Assembly (NCBI GenBank): GCA_965277805.1
Contig: OZ255842.1
Coordinates: 5,408,001-5,472,000 of the forward strand
Direction: 5' to 3'
DNA: 64,000 bases
Source: Candidatus Lustribacter sp.
GTDB lineage: Bacteria > Vulcanimicrobiota > Vulcanimicrobiia > Vulcanimicrobiales > Vulcanimicrobiaceae
Part shown: piece after piece, positions 44,653-54,322 of the stretch
Numbering within the stretch: position 1 is the stretch's first letter
Layout of the letters: the number at the start of each line of letters is the position of its first letter
Position numbers and translations under genes: made by a program
Notes under the pieces: generated by a model
What the model saw: the letters and a program-made list of their open reading frames with translations, nothing else
Told to the model about the DNA's origin: nothing
Database searches by the model: none

Positions 44653-45453
44653 ATGGTTTTGCGGCAGAATTTTATTCTGAACGCTGTATCTGAAGATGTC
44701 CGCAATCGCGCGCTTCATAAGAGCGCGCTGGTTTCACTTGCGTTCCGTGAAGTCGTCCACGAGCCCGACGAACCGATCCGGCACGTGTATTTCCCGATCG
44801 ACGGGGTCCTGACGGTCGTGGTGCAGATGGGCGATGGGCTCGAACTCGAAATCGCGACCATCGGGCGCGAAGGCATGTCGCCGCTGCCGCTGCTGATGGG
44901 TGGAACGAAGGCGGCGAACCTCTGTTTTTGCGAAGTTCGCGGCACCGCGATTCGCGTACCCGTGTCCGATTTTCGTGCCCTCGTTGCCGCCGATCCGGCG
45001 TTGACCTACGTACTCGAACGATACGTGCAAACGCGCCTCAACGTACTCGGACAACTTGCCGCATGCAATCGGCTCCACAACGTCTACCAGCGTTGCGCGC
45101 GCTGGCTGCTGCTGACGTGCGATCGCGTCAACGCGAATGAGTTTCCGGTGACGCACGAGTTTTTAGCGTCGATGCTCGGCACGCGGCGCTCGGGCGTGAG
45201 CGATGCTGCCTCGGCTTTGCAGGCCGCCGGCTGCATACGATATGCGCGTGGTATCGTACGGATCACCGACCGCAGCGGCCTCGAAAGCGCAGCTTGTGAG
45301 TGTTACGCGCTCATACGCGCGCAATTCCTCAAACTGCAGCAAGACGCGCCGAGTGCCGGCAACGCAAGATTGTACGGGCAATTGCGTACTTTCCGTCTGA
45401 ATCAGACAGACGAGCAAAATGGTATGGGCAATAATAGCCCGGAACTGAATTAA
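44653..45453 (+). CDS. Crp/Fnr family transcriptional regulator
   Basis: VYFP..G, IGREG, ACNRLH...QR.ARWLL, THEFLA.MLG.RR.GVS, ACECY. Confidence 0.92.
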   Translation: MVLRQNFILNAVSEDVRNRALHKSALVSLAFREVVHEPDEPIRHVYFPIDGVLTVVVQMGDGLELEIATIGREGMSPLPLLMGGTKAANLCFCEVRGTAIRVPVSDFRALVAADPALTYVLERYVQTRLNVLGQLAACNRLHNVYQRCARWLLLTCDRVNANEFPVTHEFLASMLGTRRSGVSDAASALQAAGCIRYARGIVRITDRSGLESAACECYALIRAQFLKLQQDAPSAGNARLYGQLRTFRLNQTDEQNGMGNNSPELN

Positions 45454-45624
45454 CCGTTCAGTTTTACCTCGCGCCGTCGTTAAAAGCGATGCGTGTTTTG
45501 GTTAGACTCCGCGGCTGCTCACGCTGAGAACAGCCTTCACTTAATAGTCGCCCTGCGGTTTTGAAACGCCGGTTGCACGGCGTTTTCTAAGCCCTTAATT
45601 TCGCATGCCCCGACGGAGCTCTCG

Positions 45625-47478
45625 ATGATTCGAACGAGTCTTAGTTTCGCATTGCCTCTGCTGCTCGCAATCACGCTTAGTGCCTGCGGAGGATCAGGAT
45701 CACAATCGCTCACGCCGTCCGGAGGCGCGGCGCCGCCCGGCGCGCTCGCAGCGGCGCGCGCAACGGCAGCGCCGACGCCCGCACCCGCACCGTTATTTTC
45801 GGGGTACGTTACCGAACTCGCGGCGTACGGATTTAACGCGTGCCCGCCGAGCGGGACGGCGTACATTGCAGGCTACGGGTGTATTCCCGTTACCACGACG
45901 AGCGCGAAGATCGTCGGAACGCAGGCGGCGGGAATGTATTTTCGCGTGTGGGGGACGGTTTCCGGACCGAACGTCACCGCAACGGAAGTCGATTTCTCGA
46001 CGTCTCCTCCGACGCCGTCACCTTTACCGTCACCGTCTTCCGTGCCGACGGCGCCGCCCGTGCTGGCCGGTTACGTCACCGAACTCGCTGCGTACGGATT
46101 CAACGCGTGTCCGCCGAGCGGGAGCACATACATTGCAGGTTACGGATGCATTCCCGTAACGACCACGAGCGCGAAGATCGTGGGAACGCCGGCCGCCGGT
46201 ATGTATTTCCAAGTGTGGGGCACGATCTCGGGACCGAACGTCACGGCAACGGAAGTCGACTTCTCGAAGTCGCCGCCGACGCCGGCTCCGAGCGCAGGAC
46301 CGACAGCGACTCCCACGCCGCGGCCGACCGTTACTCCGACCGTCGCCCCGACCGTTGCACCGGTCTTGCCGTCGACGCTCGTGAACGGACAACCGCTGCC
46401 GGCGGGATTCGCGCCCTATGCTCCTACGTCGGTTTGGAACAAACCGCTCCCGCCGATCACATCGAATTCCTACACCGCGGATTCCGCTAAAATCATTGCG
46501 GAGCAATTCGGCGGCAATCCCGGCAACATGGGCGAACCGTTGCGCGATAACGAGCCCGGTATGTACGACGGCGGACGCGCGATCTATTACGCGAAGACGA
46601 GCGATCCGCTCGTTACAATTCCGTGTTCGACGTTCTACACCGGCTGTTTCAGCGGTCCGGGCGCGCTGCCCGCCTCGATCAACATCCCCGCGCTGGCGCG
46701 CGGATCGCAAGAACCCGGCAACGACAACCGCCTCGACGTCATCGGACCCGACGGCACCGAGCGCGACTTCTATAACGGCGGTTCCACGGTCTTCAACCCG
46801 CCCGGCGGCGGAAACTGGACGAACGGTTCGGTGCTCCCCGGAGGCGGCACCGGAAATTCGTGCGGCAATTACCTCACGGGCACCGGATTGACGACGCCAG
46901 ATGTAACCTACGGCGTCACCGCCGGCGATCAATGTGCCGAAGCCGGTCTCGTCACGATCAACGATCTGCTGACGGGGACGATCAACCATGCGCTGATCGT
47001 CGTGACCAATTGCACGAATCCGGGCGGCGTGTATCCGGCGCGAAATCAAAACACGAACAACTGCACCGACGGCGTCGGTCCGATGCTCGGGTACTGGCTC
47101 TGGTACGACGTCCCGTGTTCGACGACGCGTGCATCGGGCCTCAAACTCTACGCACAGGCCATCCTCTGTGCCCTGAACGTCCACGGCGGCGCCGTCATGG
47201 ATGACTACGGCGGCGGCACGATCGCCGGCGGCATGGGTCTTGCGACCGAGGGCTCGGAGCCGTTCTACGCCTTTTGCGCCAGCGGCCAGGTCTGCGACTA
47301 TTGGAGTAAACTGGCCGCGCAGGGCTGGGTCGGGCTCACGATTCCCGGAACCCCGGCCGGCTATCAGCGATGGTTTGCCGGGGACATGGACGCGAACGGC
47401 AACTGGACCCCGCCGGGAGTGAACTTCGCCGCCCACCTTCATTACCTCAAATCGTGCGTGATCCAGGGGACCTGTTGA
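45625..47478 (+). CDS. Large secreted lipoprotein with duplicated N-terminal domain and uncharacterised Cys-rich C-terminal domain
   Basis: LSACGG lipobox; two 72-aa repeats; Pro/Thr linker; GTINHAL...VYPA...ALNVHGG.VMD. Confidence 0.8.
   Translation: MIRTSLSFALPLLLAITLSACGGSGSQSLTPSGGAAPPGALAAARATAAPTPAPAPLFSGYVTELAAYGFNACPPSGTAYIAGYGCIPVTTTSAKIVGTQAAGMYFRVWGTVSGPNVTATEVDFSTSPPTPSPLPSPSSVPTAPPVLAGYVTELAAYGFNACPPSGSTYIAGYGCIPVTTTSAKIVGTPAAGMYFQVWGTISGPNVTATEVDFSKSPPTPAPSAGPTATPTPRPTVTPTVAPTVAPVLPSTLVNGQPLPAGFAPYAPTSVWNKPLPPITSNSYTADSAKIIAEQFGGNPGNMGEPLRDNEPGMYDGGRAIYYAKTSDPLVTIPCSTFYTGCFSGPGALPASINIPALARGSQEPGNDNRLDVIGPDGTERDFYNGGSTVFNPPGGGNWTNGSVLPGGGTGNSCGNYLTGTGLTTPDVTYGVTAGDQCAEAGLVTINDLLTGTINHALIVVTNCTNPGGVYPARNQNTNNCTDGVGPMLGYWLWYDVPCSTTRASGLKLYAQAILCALNVHGGAVMDDYGGGTIAGGMGLATEGSEPFYAFCASGQVCDYWSKLAAQGWVGLTIPGTPAGYQRWFAGDMDANGNWTPPGVNFAAHLHYLKSCVIQGTC
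45802..46284 (+). repeat. Intragenic direct repeat: 216-bp units at 45802-46017 and 46069-46284
   Basis: 66 of 72 aa identical (GYVTELAAYGFNACPPSG...TEVDFS.SPPTP) with many synonymous changes. Confidence 0.95.
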
Positions 47479-47520
47479 CCGCTTCGGCCCGCCTTCACCG
47501 GCGGGCCGTTTCTTTTGTCC

Positions 47521-47545
47521 GAAACAAGCGTGACGGGGGCGCGTA
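47521..47545 (+). promoter_or_regulatory. ECF sigma-type promoter candidate GAAAC-N16-CGTA
   Basis: Matches the SigW/X/M-like consensus, upstream of the RND gene. Confidence 0.4.
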
Positions 47546-47582
47546 TATCGAATGACCTCGCTTAGGGAGTCCTCATTCCGTT

Positions 47583-50500
47583 ATGTGGTTGACCCGGTTT
47601 TCTATCCAGCGGCCGATCATCGTGGCTATGCTGTTCATCGCTCTGGCGGTCTACGGCATCTTTTCGTTTTTCCAGATCGGGCGCAGCCTCAACCCCAACG
47701 TGACGTTCCCGATCGTGGTGGTGTCGGCGACGTATCCGGGCGCCTCGCCGGCCGAGATGGAACGGCTGGTCATCAAGCCGATCGAAGATCAGATCGACGG
47801 CATCGACAATCTCGACCAGATGTCGGCGACGGCGGAAGAAGGCCTGGCCGCCGTCATCGTGCAGTTCAAGCTCGACACGAACCTCGATTACGCCGCGATT
47901 GACGTGCAGCGCCGCGTCGATACCGCGCGTGTCTACATGCCGACCGATCTCGATCCGCCGCTGGTCGACAAGAGCCAGGGTTCGTCGCAATCGCCGATCC
48001 TTACATTGGCGCTCAGTTCGCGTTCGATGTCGGCGACGGCGCTCTCGGATCTCGTCGCAAACCGCATCGTGTCGGACATCCGGCACGTGCCCAACGTTCA
48101 GAGCGTGGACGTCAGCGGCGAGAGCAAACGTGAATTTCACGTGCTGCCCGATCCGCTGCGGTTGATGGGCACGGGCGCCACGATCGCCGATATCTATCAG
48201 GCGATCAACGCGAATAACGCGAACGTGCCGGGCGGACGGCTCGAAGATTCCAATGCCGAGACCGACGTCTCGATTCATTCCGACGTCGTGCGCGCGAGCG
48301 ATATGCTTGCGATCCCGCTCAATATCCCGGCCGCACTCCTCGCTTCCGGTTTCTCGCCGTCAGCGGCGAACGGGCTGCGCGTGGGCGACGTAGCGACGAC
48401 GGACGACGGCTACGTCGAGCAGCGCATCATCTCGAAGTTCGACGGTGCGCCCACCATCGTCCTCAACGTCAACCGCATCATCACCGCCGATGAGATCAAC
48501 TCGACCAAGGTGCTGCGCGATCAGCTCAAGACGATCGAAGCGCGCTACCCGACGGTCCACTTCGAAGAAGTTGGTGCGCCGGCGGACTACACGCAGAAGT
48601 CGCTCGACGGCGTGCTCCAGAGTTTGGTCGAGGGCATCGTGCTGACCGCGGTCGTGCTGATGCTCTTCCTGCACGCCTGGCGCAACGCGCTGGTCGTCAT
48701 GATCGCGATCCCGGTTTCGCTGCTCACCACGTTCATCGTGATGAAGCAGATGCACTTCACGCTCGACATCGTCTCGCTGATGGGCGTGTCGCTGATCATC
48801 GGCATCTTGGTCGACGACTCCATCGTGGTGCTGGAGAACATCACCCGGCATCGAGACCTCGGGCAAACGCCGTTCGACGCGGCAATTACCGGCCGGGGCG
48901 AAATCGGCGGTGCGGCAGTGGCCATCACGCTCGTCGACGTCGTCGTCTTTCTGCCGATCGCGTTTCTCTCGGGTATCGTCGGCAAGTATATGGTTGAGTT
49001 CGGCGTCGTCGTCGTCGTTGCGACCCTAGTGTCGCTGCTCGTTTCATTCACGCTCACGCCGATGCTGGCCGCGCGCTGGTCAGTCGTCAAACGCAGCGCC
49101 GCTCCGCCGAAGTCGCTAGAGTGGTTTCAGAACGCGTTCGATCGCTTTAACGCTTGGTATCGCGACCGCGCGCTGCCGTATGCGCTCCTGCATCGCTGGC
49201 AGACCGTCGGCGTCTGCGTCGCGCTGCTCGTCAGCGCGCTCGCGCTGCCGGCCCTCGGGCTCGTGTCTTCGGAATTCATACCGAATTCGCAAACGGGATC
49301 GATCGAGACGACCTTGACCTATCGGGCCGGGACGCCGATTACCCAAACGTCGGCCGCGGTCGATCGTCTGGCGAACGGCATCATGCAACTGCAGTACGTG
49401 CACGCCACGCTGAGCACCGTCGGCGTGAAGCCGGCCGGCTACGGTGAGACGACCGGCGGCTACGTGGCGAAGATGACGGTCGAACTCGACAAGAATCACC
49501 GCAACGCGACGAACGATGTGATCAAGAAGATCCGCACGCTCGGCTCGCTGGTTCCCGGCGGCATCCTCACCGTTGCGGGCGAGGGTAATTCCGAGCCGAT
49601 CTTTTACACGCTCTCCGGCCCCGAGGACCAGCTTCAGGCCGGCGCCGACAAGCTCGCGGCTCTGATTCGCTCGATCCCGGGCACCGTCGACGTGCACACC
49701 GGCACCGAGAGCGAGACCAATCGGCTCGACATCAACATCGACCGTGCGAAGTGCGCGCTGCTCGGGGTGAATCCGGGCACGGCGGCGACTGCGGCCCGCA
49801 TCGCGATCGGCGGCGCCGTGGCGACGCGCGTTCGCACCGAGACGGGCCTGGTCGACGTGCGCGTTCAATTGCCGGCCGCCTACCGCAACCGGCTCGCCGA
49901 CGTGCAAAAGATCCAGGTTCGCGCAAACGACGGCGTCAGTCTCTACCGCTTAAGCGATCTCGCCTCGTTCAGCTTCGCGCCGGCGCCCACAAAGATCGAA
50001 CGCCTCGACAAGCAGCGCATCGTCCGCGTGAGCGGCGGCTTCGACGCCGGCGCGACGACGCTCGGCGCCGTGACGCAAAAGATCGACGCCGCCGTCAAGG
50101 CGCCCGATTTCTTTCCCGAAGGCGTCGCGTTGCGGGCTGACGGCGACAGCCAGTTCTTCGCCGAGACCTTCAGCAGCATGGGCCTCGCGATGCTGACGTC
50201 GTTCGCGCTCGTGTACGTGCTGATGGTGATCCTCTACAGTTCGTTCCTGACGCCGTTCGTGATTATGTTCTCGGTGCCGCTGGCGCTCGTGGGCGCGCTC
50301 TACGGTCTCGCGCTGACGCATCAAACGCTGAACCTGTTCTCGATGATCGGCATCATTATGCTCTTCGGCCTCGTCGCGAAGAACGGCATCCTGCTCGTCG
50401 ACTACGCCAACACCCAGCGCCACCGCGGGCTGCGCGTGCTCGAGGCGATGCGCACGGCGGCGGGCATTCGCTTGCGTCCGATCGTGATGACGACCGCATC

Positions 50501-50744
50501 GATGGTGTTCGGTATGTTGCCCCTCTCGCTCGGTTTGGCCGAGGGCGCCGAGTTCCGTCAGTCGATGGGCACGGTATTGATCGGCGGCTTGCTCAGCTCG
50601 CTCATTCTTACGCTGTTCCTCGTACCGGTCGTGTACGCGTGGGTAGCGGGCGGGATCGAGAAGCGCGCAGACAAACGCGCGCTTGCTGCCGAGCATCGCG
50701 CCGGTGAGGAGCGCCTACTCGTGCCGCACACGAGTGGTGATTAA
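47583..50744 (+). CDS. RND efflux transporter (AcrB/SwrC family)
   Basis: YPGASP.EME, ILVDDSIVVLENI, SFTLTP.L, KNGILLVD, RLRPI.MT. Confidence 0.95.
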   Translation: MWLTRFSIQRPIIVAMLFIALAVYGIFSFFQIGRSLNPNVTFPIVVVSATYPGASPAEMERLVIKPIEDQIDGIDNLDQMSATAEEGLAAVIVQFKLDTNLDYAAIDVQRRVDTARVYMPTDLDPPLVDKSQGSSQSPILTLALSSRSMSATALSDLVANRIVSDIRHVPNVQSVDVSGESKREFHVLPDPLRLMGTGATIADIYQAINANNANVPGGRLEDSNAETDVSIHSDVVRASDMLAIPLNIPAALLASGFSPSAANGLRVGDVATTDDGYVEQRIISKFDGAPTIVLNVNRIITADEINSTKVLRDQLKTIEARYPTVHFEEVGAPADYTQKSLDGVLQSLVEGIVLTAVVLMLFLHAWRNALVVMIAIPVSLLTTFIVMKQMHFTLDIVSLMGVSLIIGILVDDSIVVLENITRHRDLGQTPFDAAITGRGEIGGAAVAITLVDVVVFLPIAFLSGIVGKYMVEFGVVVVVATLVSLLVSFTLTPMLAARWSVVKRSAAPPKSLEWFQNAFDRFNAWYRDRALPYALLHRWQTVGVCVALLVSALALPALGLVSSEFIPNSQTGSIETTLTYRAGTPITQTSAAVDRLANGIMQLQYVHATLSTVGVKPAGYGETTGGYVAKMTVELDKNHRNATNDVIKKIRTLGSLVPGGILTVAGEGNSEPIFYTLSGPEDQLQAGADKLAALIRSIPGTVDVHTGTESETNRLDINIDRAKCALLGVNPGTAATAARIAIGGAVATRVRTETGLVDVRVQLPAAYRNRLADVQKIQVRANDGVSLYRLSDLASFSFAPAPTKIERLDKQRIVRVSGGFDAGATTLGAVTQKIDAAVKAPDFFPEGVALRADGDSQFFAETFSSMGLAMLTSFALVYVLMVILYSSFLTPFVIMFSVPLALVGALYGLALTHQTLNLFSMIGIIMLFGLVAKNGILLVDYANTQRHRGLRVLEAMRTAAGIRLRPIVMTTASMVFGMLPLSLGLAEGAEFRQSMGTVLIGGLLSSLILTLFLVPVVYAWVAGGIEKRADKRALAAEHRAGEERLLVPHTSGD

Positions 50745-50787
50745 CGTAACTTTCATCATATTCGGCGCTTGTCTAGCGACAAAGGTC

Positions 50788-50812
50788 GTCTAAGTCTGGG
50801 AAATTCGGGTAC
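50788..50812 (+). promoter_or_regulatory. SigB-type promoter candidate GTCTAA-N13-GGGTAC
   Basis: Near-consensus SigB motif upstream of the 50848 gene. Confidence 0.4.
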
Positions 50813-50847
50813 AGAGCCCTCCGTACTTATCACCCGGAGGTCGCCCT

Positions 50848-51999
50848 GTGTTCTACCTTACCGAGTCCGCGCGAGCGGTGGCTGCGGCTGCCGGAGCGAT
50901 CGCCCTCTGCACGAGCATCGCGCTCGCGCAGAGCGACGTCTCCGTAACCCTCAACGGTTCACCGCTCAACCTTAGTCCCGCACCGCAGGAACGGGCCGGG
51001 CGGGTCTTCGTTCCGTTACGCGGTGTGTTCGAGCAACTCGGCGCCTCCGTCGTCTATCAAGACGGCACGATCAATGCGCAAGGCCGCGGCAACCGCTCGG
51101 TCAGCTTGCACATTGGTTCCACCCAGGCAATGGTCAACGGACAACCGCAGACGATGGACGTCGCACCATTCATCATCGGCGCGAGCACCTACGTTCCGCT
51201 GCGCTTCGTTTCGCAAGCGCTGGGCGCGAGCGTAAATTACGACGCGAGCAACCGGATCGTGGCACTGGCCAATGGCGGCCCGCAACAAGGTCCGCCGCAG
51301 GGCGCACCGCCGCCGCAAGCGATGCAGCCCCCGCCGCCGCAGGCGATGCAGCCCCCGCCGCCGCCGCAGCACAGCACCGTGGCTCTCGCCGCCGTTTTTC
51401 CGGGCCGCGGTGAATCCGTTCCCGCACGCCGTCCCACGATCGAGGCCAACTTCAACGAGCCGCGCGCGAACCCGAACTCGATCCGCATCGACATCGACGG
51501 GCTGAACGTCACCGACCAGTCGTCACGTTCGCCGCGCGGCGTCGTCTTCTCGCCGCCATCGGATCTGCAATCGGGCCCGCATCAGGTCCGCGTTTCCGGC
51601 ACCGACATGACGGGGGCGCCCTTCGAGGGCCGCTGGACGTTCAACTCGGGCACGAGCACCGTCGTGAACTCGATCACCGACGTACACCCGGGTGCCGACG
51701 CGAATGTGAAGGGTCAGTTCACGGTCTCGGGCCACACGCTGCCGGGCGCGCGCGTCGTCGTGCAAGTCGCGACGGTCAATCGCCCGTCGCCTGCCAACGT
51801 CCTCGGGCAACTCCTCGGTACCGGCACCGCCAGCGACAACGTGCGCAGTGAAGTGATCGCCGACGGTAACGGCAACTTTGCTGCCCCGATCACGATCCAA
51901 GCGCATCCCGGCCAGCCCATCACGCTCGTCGTCGATTCAACCGACGCGCAAACCAAATCGGCTGCTCCCCGCATCGTCCGTAACTTGACGGTCGAGTAG
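50848..51999 (+). CDS. Secreted protein with copper amine oxidase N-terminal (stalk) domain and Ig-like domains
   Basis: GRVFVPLRGVFEQLGASV.Y, TYVPLRFVSQALGA.V.YD; GGAGG RBS. Confidence 0.85.
   Translation: MFYLTESARAVAAAAGAIALCTSIALAQSDVSVTLNGSPLNLSPAPQERAGRVFVPLRGVFEQLGASVVYQDGTINAQGRGNRSVSLHIGSTQAMVNGQPQTMDVAPFIIGASTYVPLRFVSQALGASVNYDASNRIVALANGGPQQGPPQGAPPPQAMQPPPPQAMQPPPPPQHSTVALAAVFPGRGESVPARRPTIEANFNEPRANPNSIRIDIDGLNVTDQSSRSPRGVVFSPPSDLQSGPHQVRVSGTDMTGAPFEGRWTFNSGTSTVVNSITDVHPGADANVKGQFTVSGHTLPGARVVVQVATVNRPSPANVLGQLLGTGTASDNVRSEVIADGNGNFAAPITIQAHPGQPITLVVDSTDAQTKSAAPRIVRNLTVE
51307..51369 (+). repeat. 24-bp tandem repeat encoding PPPQAMQP linker
   Basis: CCGCCGCCGCARGCGATGCAGCCC twice plus a partial third copy. 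Confidence 0.85.
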
Positions 52000-52024
52000 C
52001 AGCGGAATCTTCGGAGGACTCATC

Positions 52025-52840
52025 TTGCCATACTTTACATCATACGCCCGCGCGCTGGGCGGGGCCATCGCGGCGTTCGCGCTGTGCAGCAGCATCGCAC
52101 TTGCGCAAAGCGACGTCTCGGTGACGCTCAACGGCGCGCCGCTCAATCTCAATCCCCCGCCGCAAGAACGTGCCGGACGCGTCTTCGTACCGCTGCGCGG
52201 CGTGTTCGAGCAACTCGGCGCATCAGTCGTGTACGATAACGGCACGATCAACGCGCAGAAGGGCCGCGAACGCTCGGTCAGCCTCCACGTCGGCTCGACG
52301 GCAGCAACGGTCGACGGTCAACCGCAAACGCTGGACGTCGCACCGTTCATCATCGGCGCCAGCACATACGTTCCGTTGCGCTTTGTCTCGCAAGCGCTCG
52401 GCGCGACCGTGAATTACGATGCGACCAATCGCGTCGTTGCGCTCGGCGAAGGCGGCCGGCCGATGGGCGGCCCGCCGATGGGAGGCCCGCCGCCGCGTTC
52501 GGAGCCGCCGCAAGCATTGCAGCCCCCGCCGCCCGATCACACCTCGCTCATCCTAAGCGCCGTGCGTCCGGGTCGTAATGAAGTCGTCGCCGCGCGCCGT
52601 CCGACGATCGAAGCCGACTTCGCCGACGGCCGCGTAAACCCGGACTCGCTGCGCATCACGCTCGACGGCGTGAACGTTACCGGTCAGTCGACGCGTTCGC
52701 CGCGCGGCATTGTCTACTCGCCGCCGTCCGATCTGCAGACCGGCCGGCATGAAGTCCACGTCAACGGAACCGACACCAACGGCACGCCGTTCGACGCGAA
52801 CTGGAGCTTTACGTCCGGCCGTACGGTCGGCGACCGCTAG
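52025..52840 (+). CDS. Paralog of 50848-51999 lacking the last domain
   Basis: Near-identical stalk and Ig-like domains; TTG start with GGAGG RBS. Confidence 0.85.
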   Translation: MPYFTSYARALGGAIAAFALCSSIALAQSDVSVTLNGAPLNLNPPPQERAGRVFVPLRGVFEQLGASVVYDNGTINAQKGRERSVSLHVGSTAATVDGQPQTLDVAPFIIGASTYVPLRFVSQALGATVNYDATNRVVALGEGGRPMGGPPMGGPPPRSEPPQALQPPPPDHTSLILSAVRPGRNEVVAARRPTIEADFADGRVNPDSLRITLDGVNVTGQSTRSPRGIVYSPPSDLQTGRHEVHVNGTDTNGTPFDANWSFTSGRTVGDR

Positions 52841-52847
52841 GGCTCAA

Positions 52848-53546
52848 TCAAATCGTCCGCTCGATCCAGGCGATCGAGCGGGCGATGATCTCCGGCTGGC
52901 GTTCATCCCATAGTTGAAGGCCGGTCAGCGCCGTCCCGGGATAGGCCTCGCACTCGGCGGGGAAGACGGCCGTCGCCGCGAGGCTCATCGCGGCGGCGTT
53001 TCCGTTTGGATCGAGCGCTCCGTAGACCAAGTAGATCCCGCGCGGTGCGAACGCGCCCGGACCGGCAAAGCCGCGCGCCCGGTTTTCATCCGGGCTCACG
53101 CACACCACGCTCGCCGCACCCCAACCACGGGCAGCCGCCGCGTAGGCAAGATCGCCGCCGAGGCCGAGCCCGACGATCGCGCGTTTCGCGGGGTCGGCTT
53201 TGGGCTGACGCGCGGCAAATGCGAGCGCGGCCTTGAGGTCGAGCGGCCAACCGGCTTCCCAGGGAGTCTCCGGAGTGCCGGCCGGTTGCAGGGTGGTGCG
53301 CGCTTCTTGCCTTACGGATTCGCCGTGGCCCCGCAGATCGAACGACAGCACATTCCACCCGCGCGAGAGATAGAAGCGAACGTACTGATCCCACACACTG
53401 CGATCGGCGCTGCGATCGTGCACCAGCAGCAAGGAGACGGCTTCATCGTTGCGCGCTTCCCAGTAGGAACCGCGCAATTGGAAAGCGTCCTCGGCCAAAA
53501 ACATGACCGGTCGCATGCGCGAGCTCGCGTTCATAGGAGCCGCCAT
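52848..53546 (-). CDS. Alpha/beta hydrolase-fold protein, apparently lacking the catalytic Ser
   Basis: LLVH, FDLRGHGES, D..AAL.F; nucleophile elbow reads IVGLGLGG. Confidence 0.75.
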   Translation of the reverse strand: MAAPMNASSRMRPVMFLAEDAFQLRGSYWEARNDEAVSLLLVHDRSADRSVWDQYVRFYLSRGWNVLSFDLRGHGESVRQEARTTLQPAGTPETPWEAGWPLDLKAALAFAARQPKADPAKRAIVGLGLGGDLAYAAAARGWGAASVVCVSPDENRARGFAGPGAFAPRGIYLVYGALDPNGNAAAMSLAATAVFPAECEAYPGTALTGLQLWDERQPEIIARSIAWIERTI

Positions 53547-53566
53547 TCCGTCGCATTTACAAAGGC

Positions 53567-54322
53567 GTGCGGCGCTTGTCCTCTCGCGTAGCACTAGTGA
53601 CCGGTGCAGCGTCCGGTCTCGGCGCGGGCGTCGCTCGCGCGCTGGCAGCGGCGGGCTATCGGATTGCATTTACTTTTCGTCCGGACGGCACGCCGCCGGA
53701 TGAGACTTCCAGAGCGATTGCCGAATACGATCCCGATGTGCTGGCCATCGCAAACGATCTCGGCAGCTTCGAGGCCGGCGCGGAATTGGTCGCTGCGGTG
53801 GAAACGCAACGCGGTCCGCTCGACATCGTCGTGCACTGCGTCGGACCGATCGTCGTGCGCTCGTTCGCGGCGTCGTCCGTCGCCGCCGACTACCGCGCAA
53901 TGATCGACGGCAACTTCGGTTCGGCCGTGTCGATCGCGGCGGCGGCGTTGCCGGGGATGCGCGCGCGGATGTTCGGCCGCCTCGTGTTCTTCGGCATGAA
54001 CGGCTCGCACGTGACGCAACCTGCGAAGCTGATGGCGCTCTACGGTGCGGCCAAGGCAGCCGTCGTCGCGTTCGCCCGCACGCTGGCGCTCGAAGAAGCG
54101 AAGAACGGGATCACCGTCAACGTGATCGAGCCCGGCGACATTCGCAACAAGACGGCCACGCGCGCGGAATCGCGCGCGATCGTGGCCGGTAATCCGACCG
54201 GTCACGCCGGCAGCTGGGAAGACGTCGCGGATGCGGTCTGTTTTGCCGTCGCCGACGAGGCCGGGTTTCTCAATGGCATGGTGCTGGGCGTAAACGGCGG
54301 CCTCGCGGATCCGCATGAGTAG
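53567..54322 (+). CDS. SDR family oxidoreductase
   Basis: VALVTGAASGLG, YGAAK, GITVNVIEPG, FLNG..L.VNGG. Confidence 0.9.
   Translation: MRRLSSRVALVTGAASGLGAGVARALAAAGYRIAFTFRPDGTPPDETSRAIAEYDPDVLAIANDLGSFEAGAELVAAVETQRGPLDIVVHCVGPIVVRSFAASSVAADYRAMIDGNFGSAVSIAAAALPGMRARMFGRLVFFGMNGSHVTQPAKLMALYGAAKAAVVAFARTLALEEAKNGITVNVIEPGDIRNKTATRAESRAIVAGNPTGHAGSWEDVADAVCFAVADEAGFLNGMVLGVNGGLADPHE

Noticed and set aside
46030-47442. 470-aa minus-strand ORF
   Set aside because: Antisense shadow of the lipoprotein gene, whose repeat conservation supports the plus strand
44435-47500. Prophage or ICE integrated at tRNA-Leu
   Set aside because: No integrase, no duplicated tRNA 3' end found, and no phage or conjugation genes
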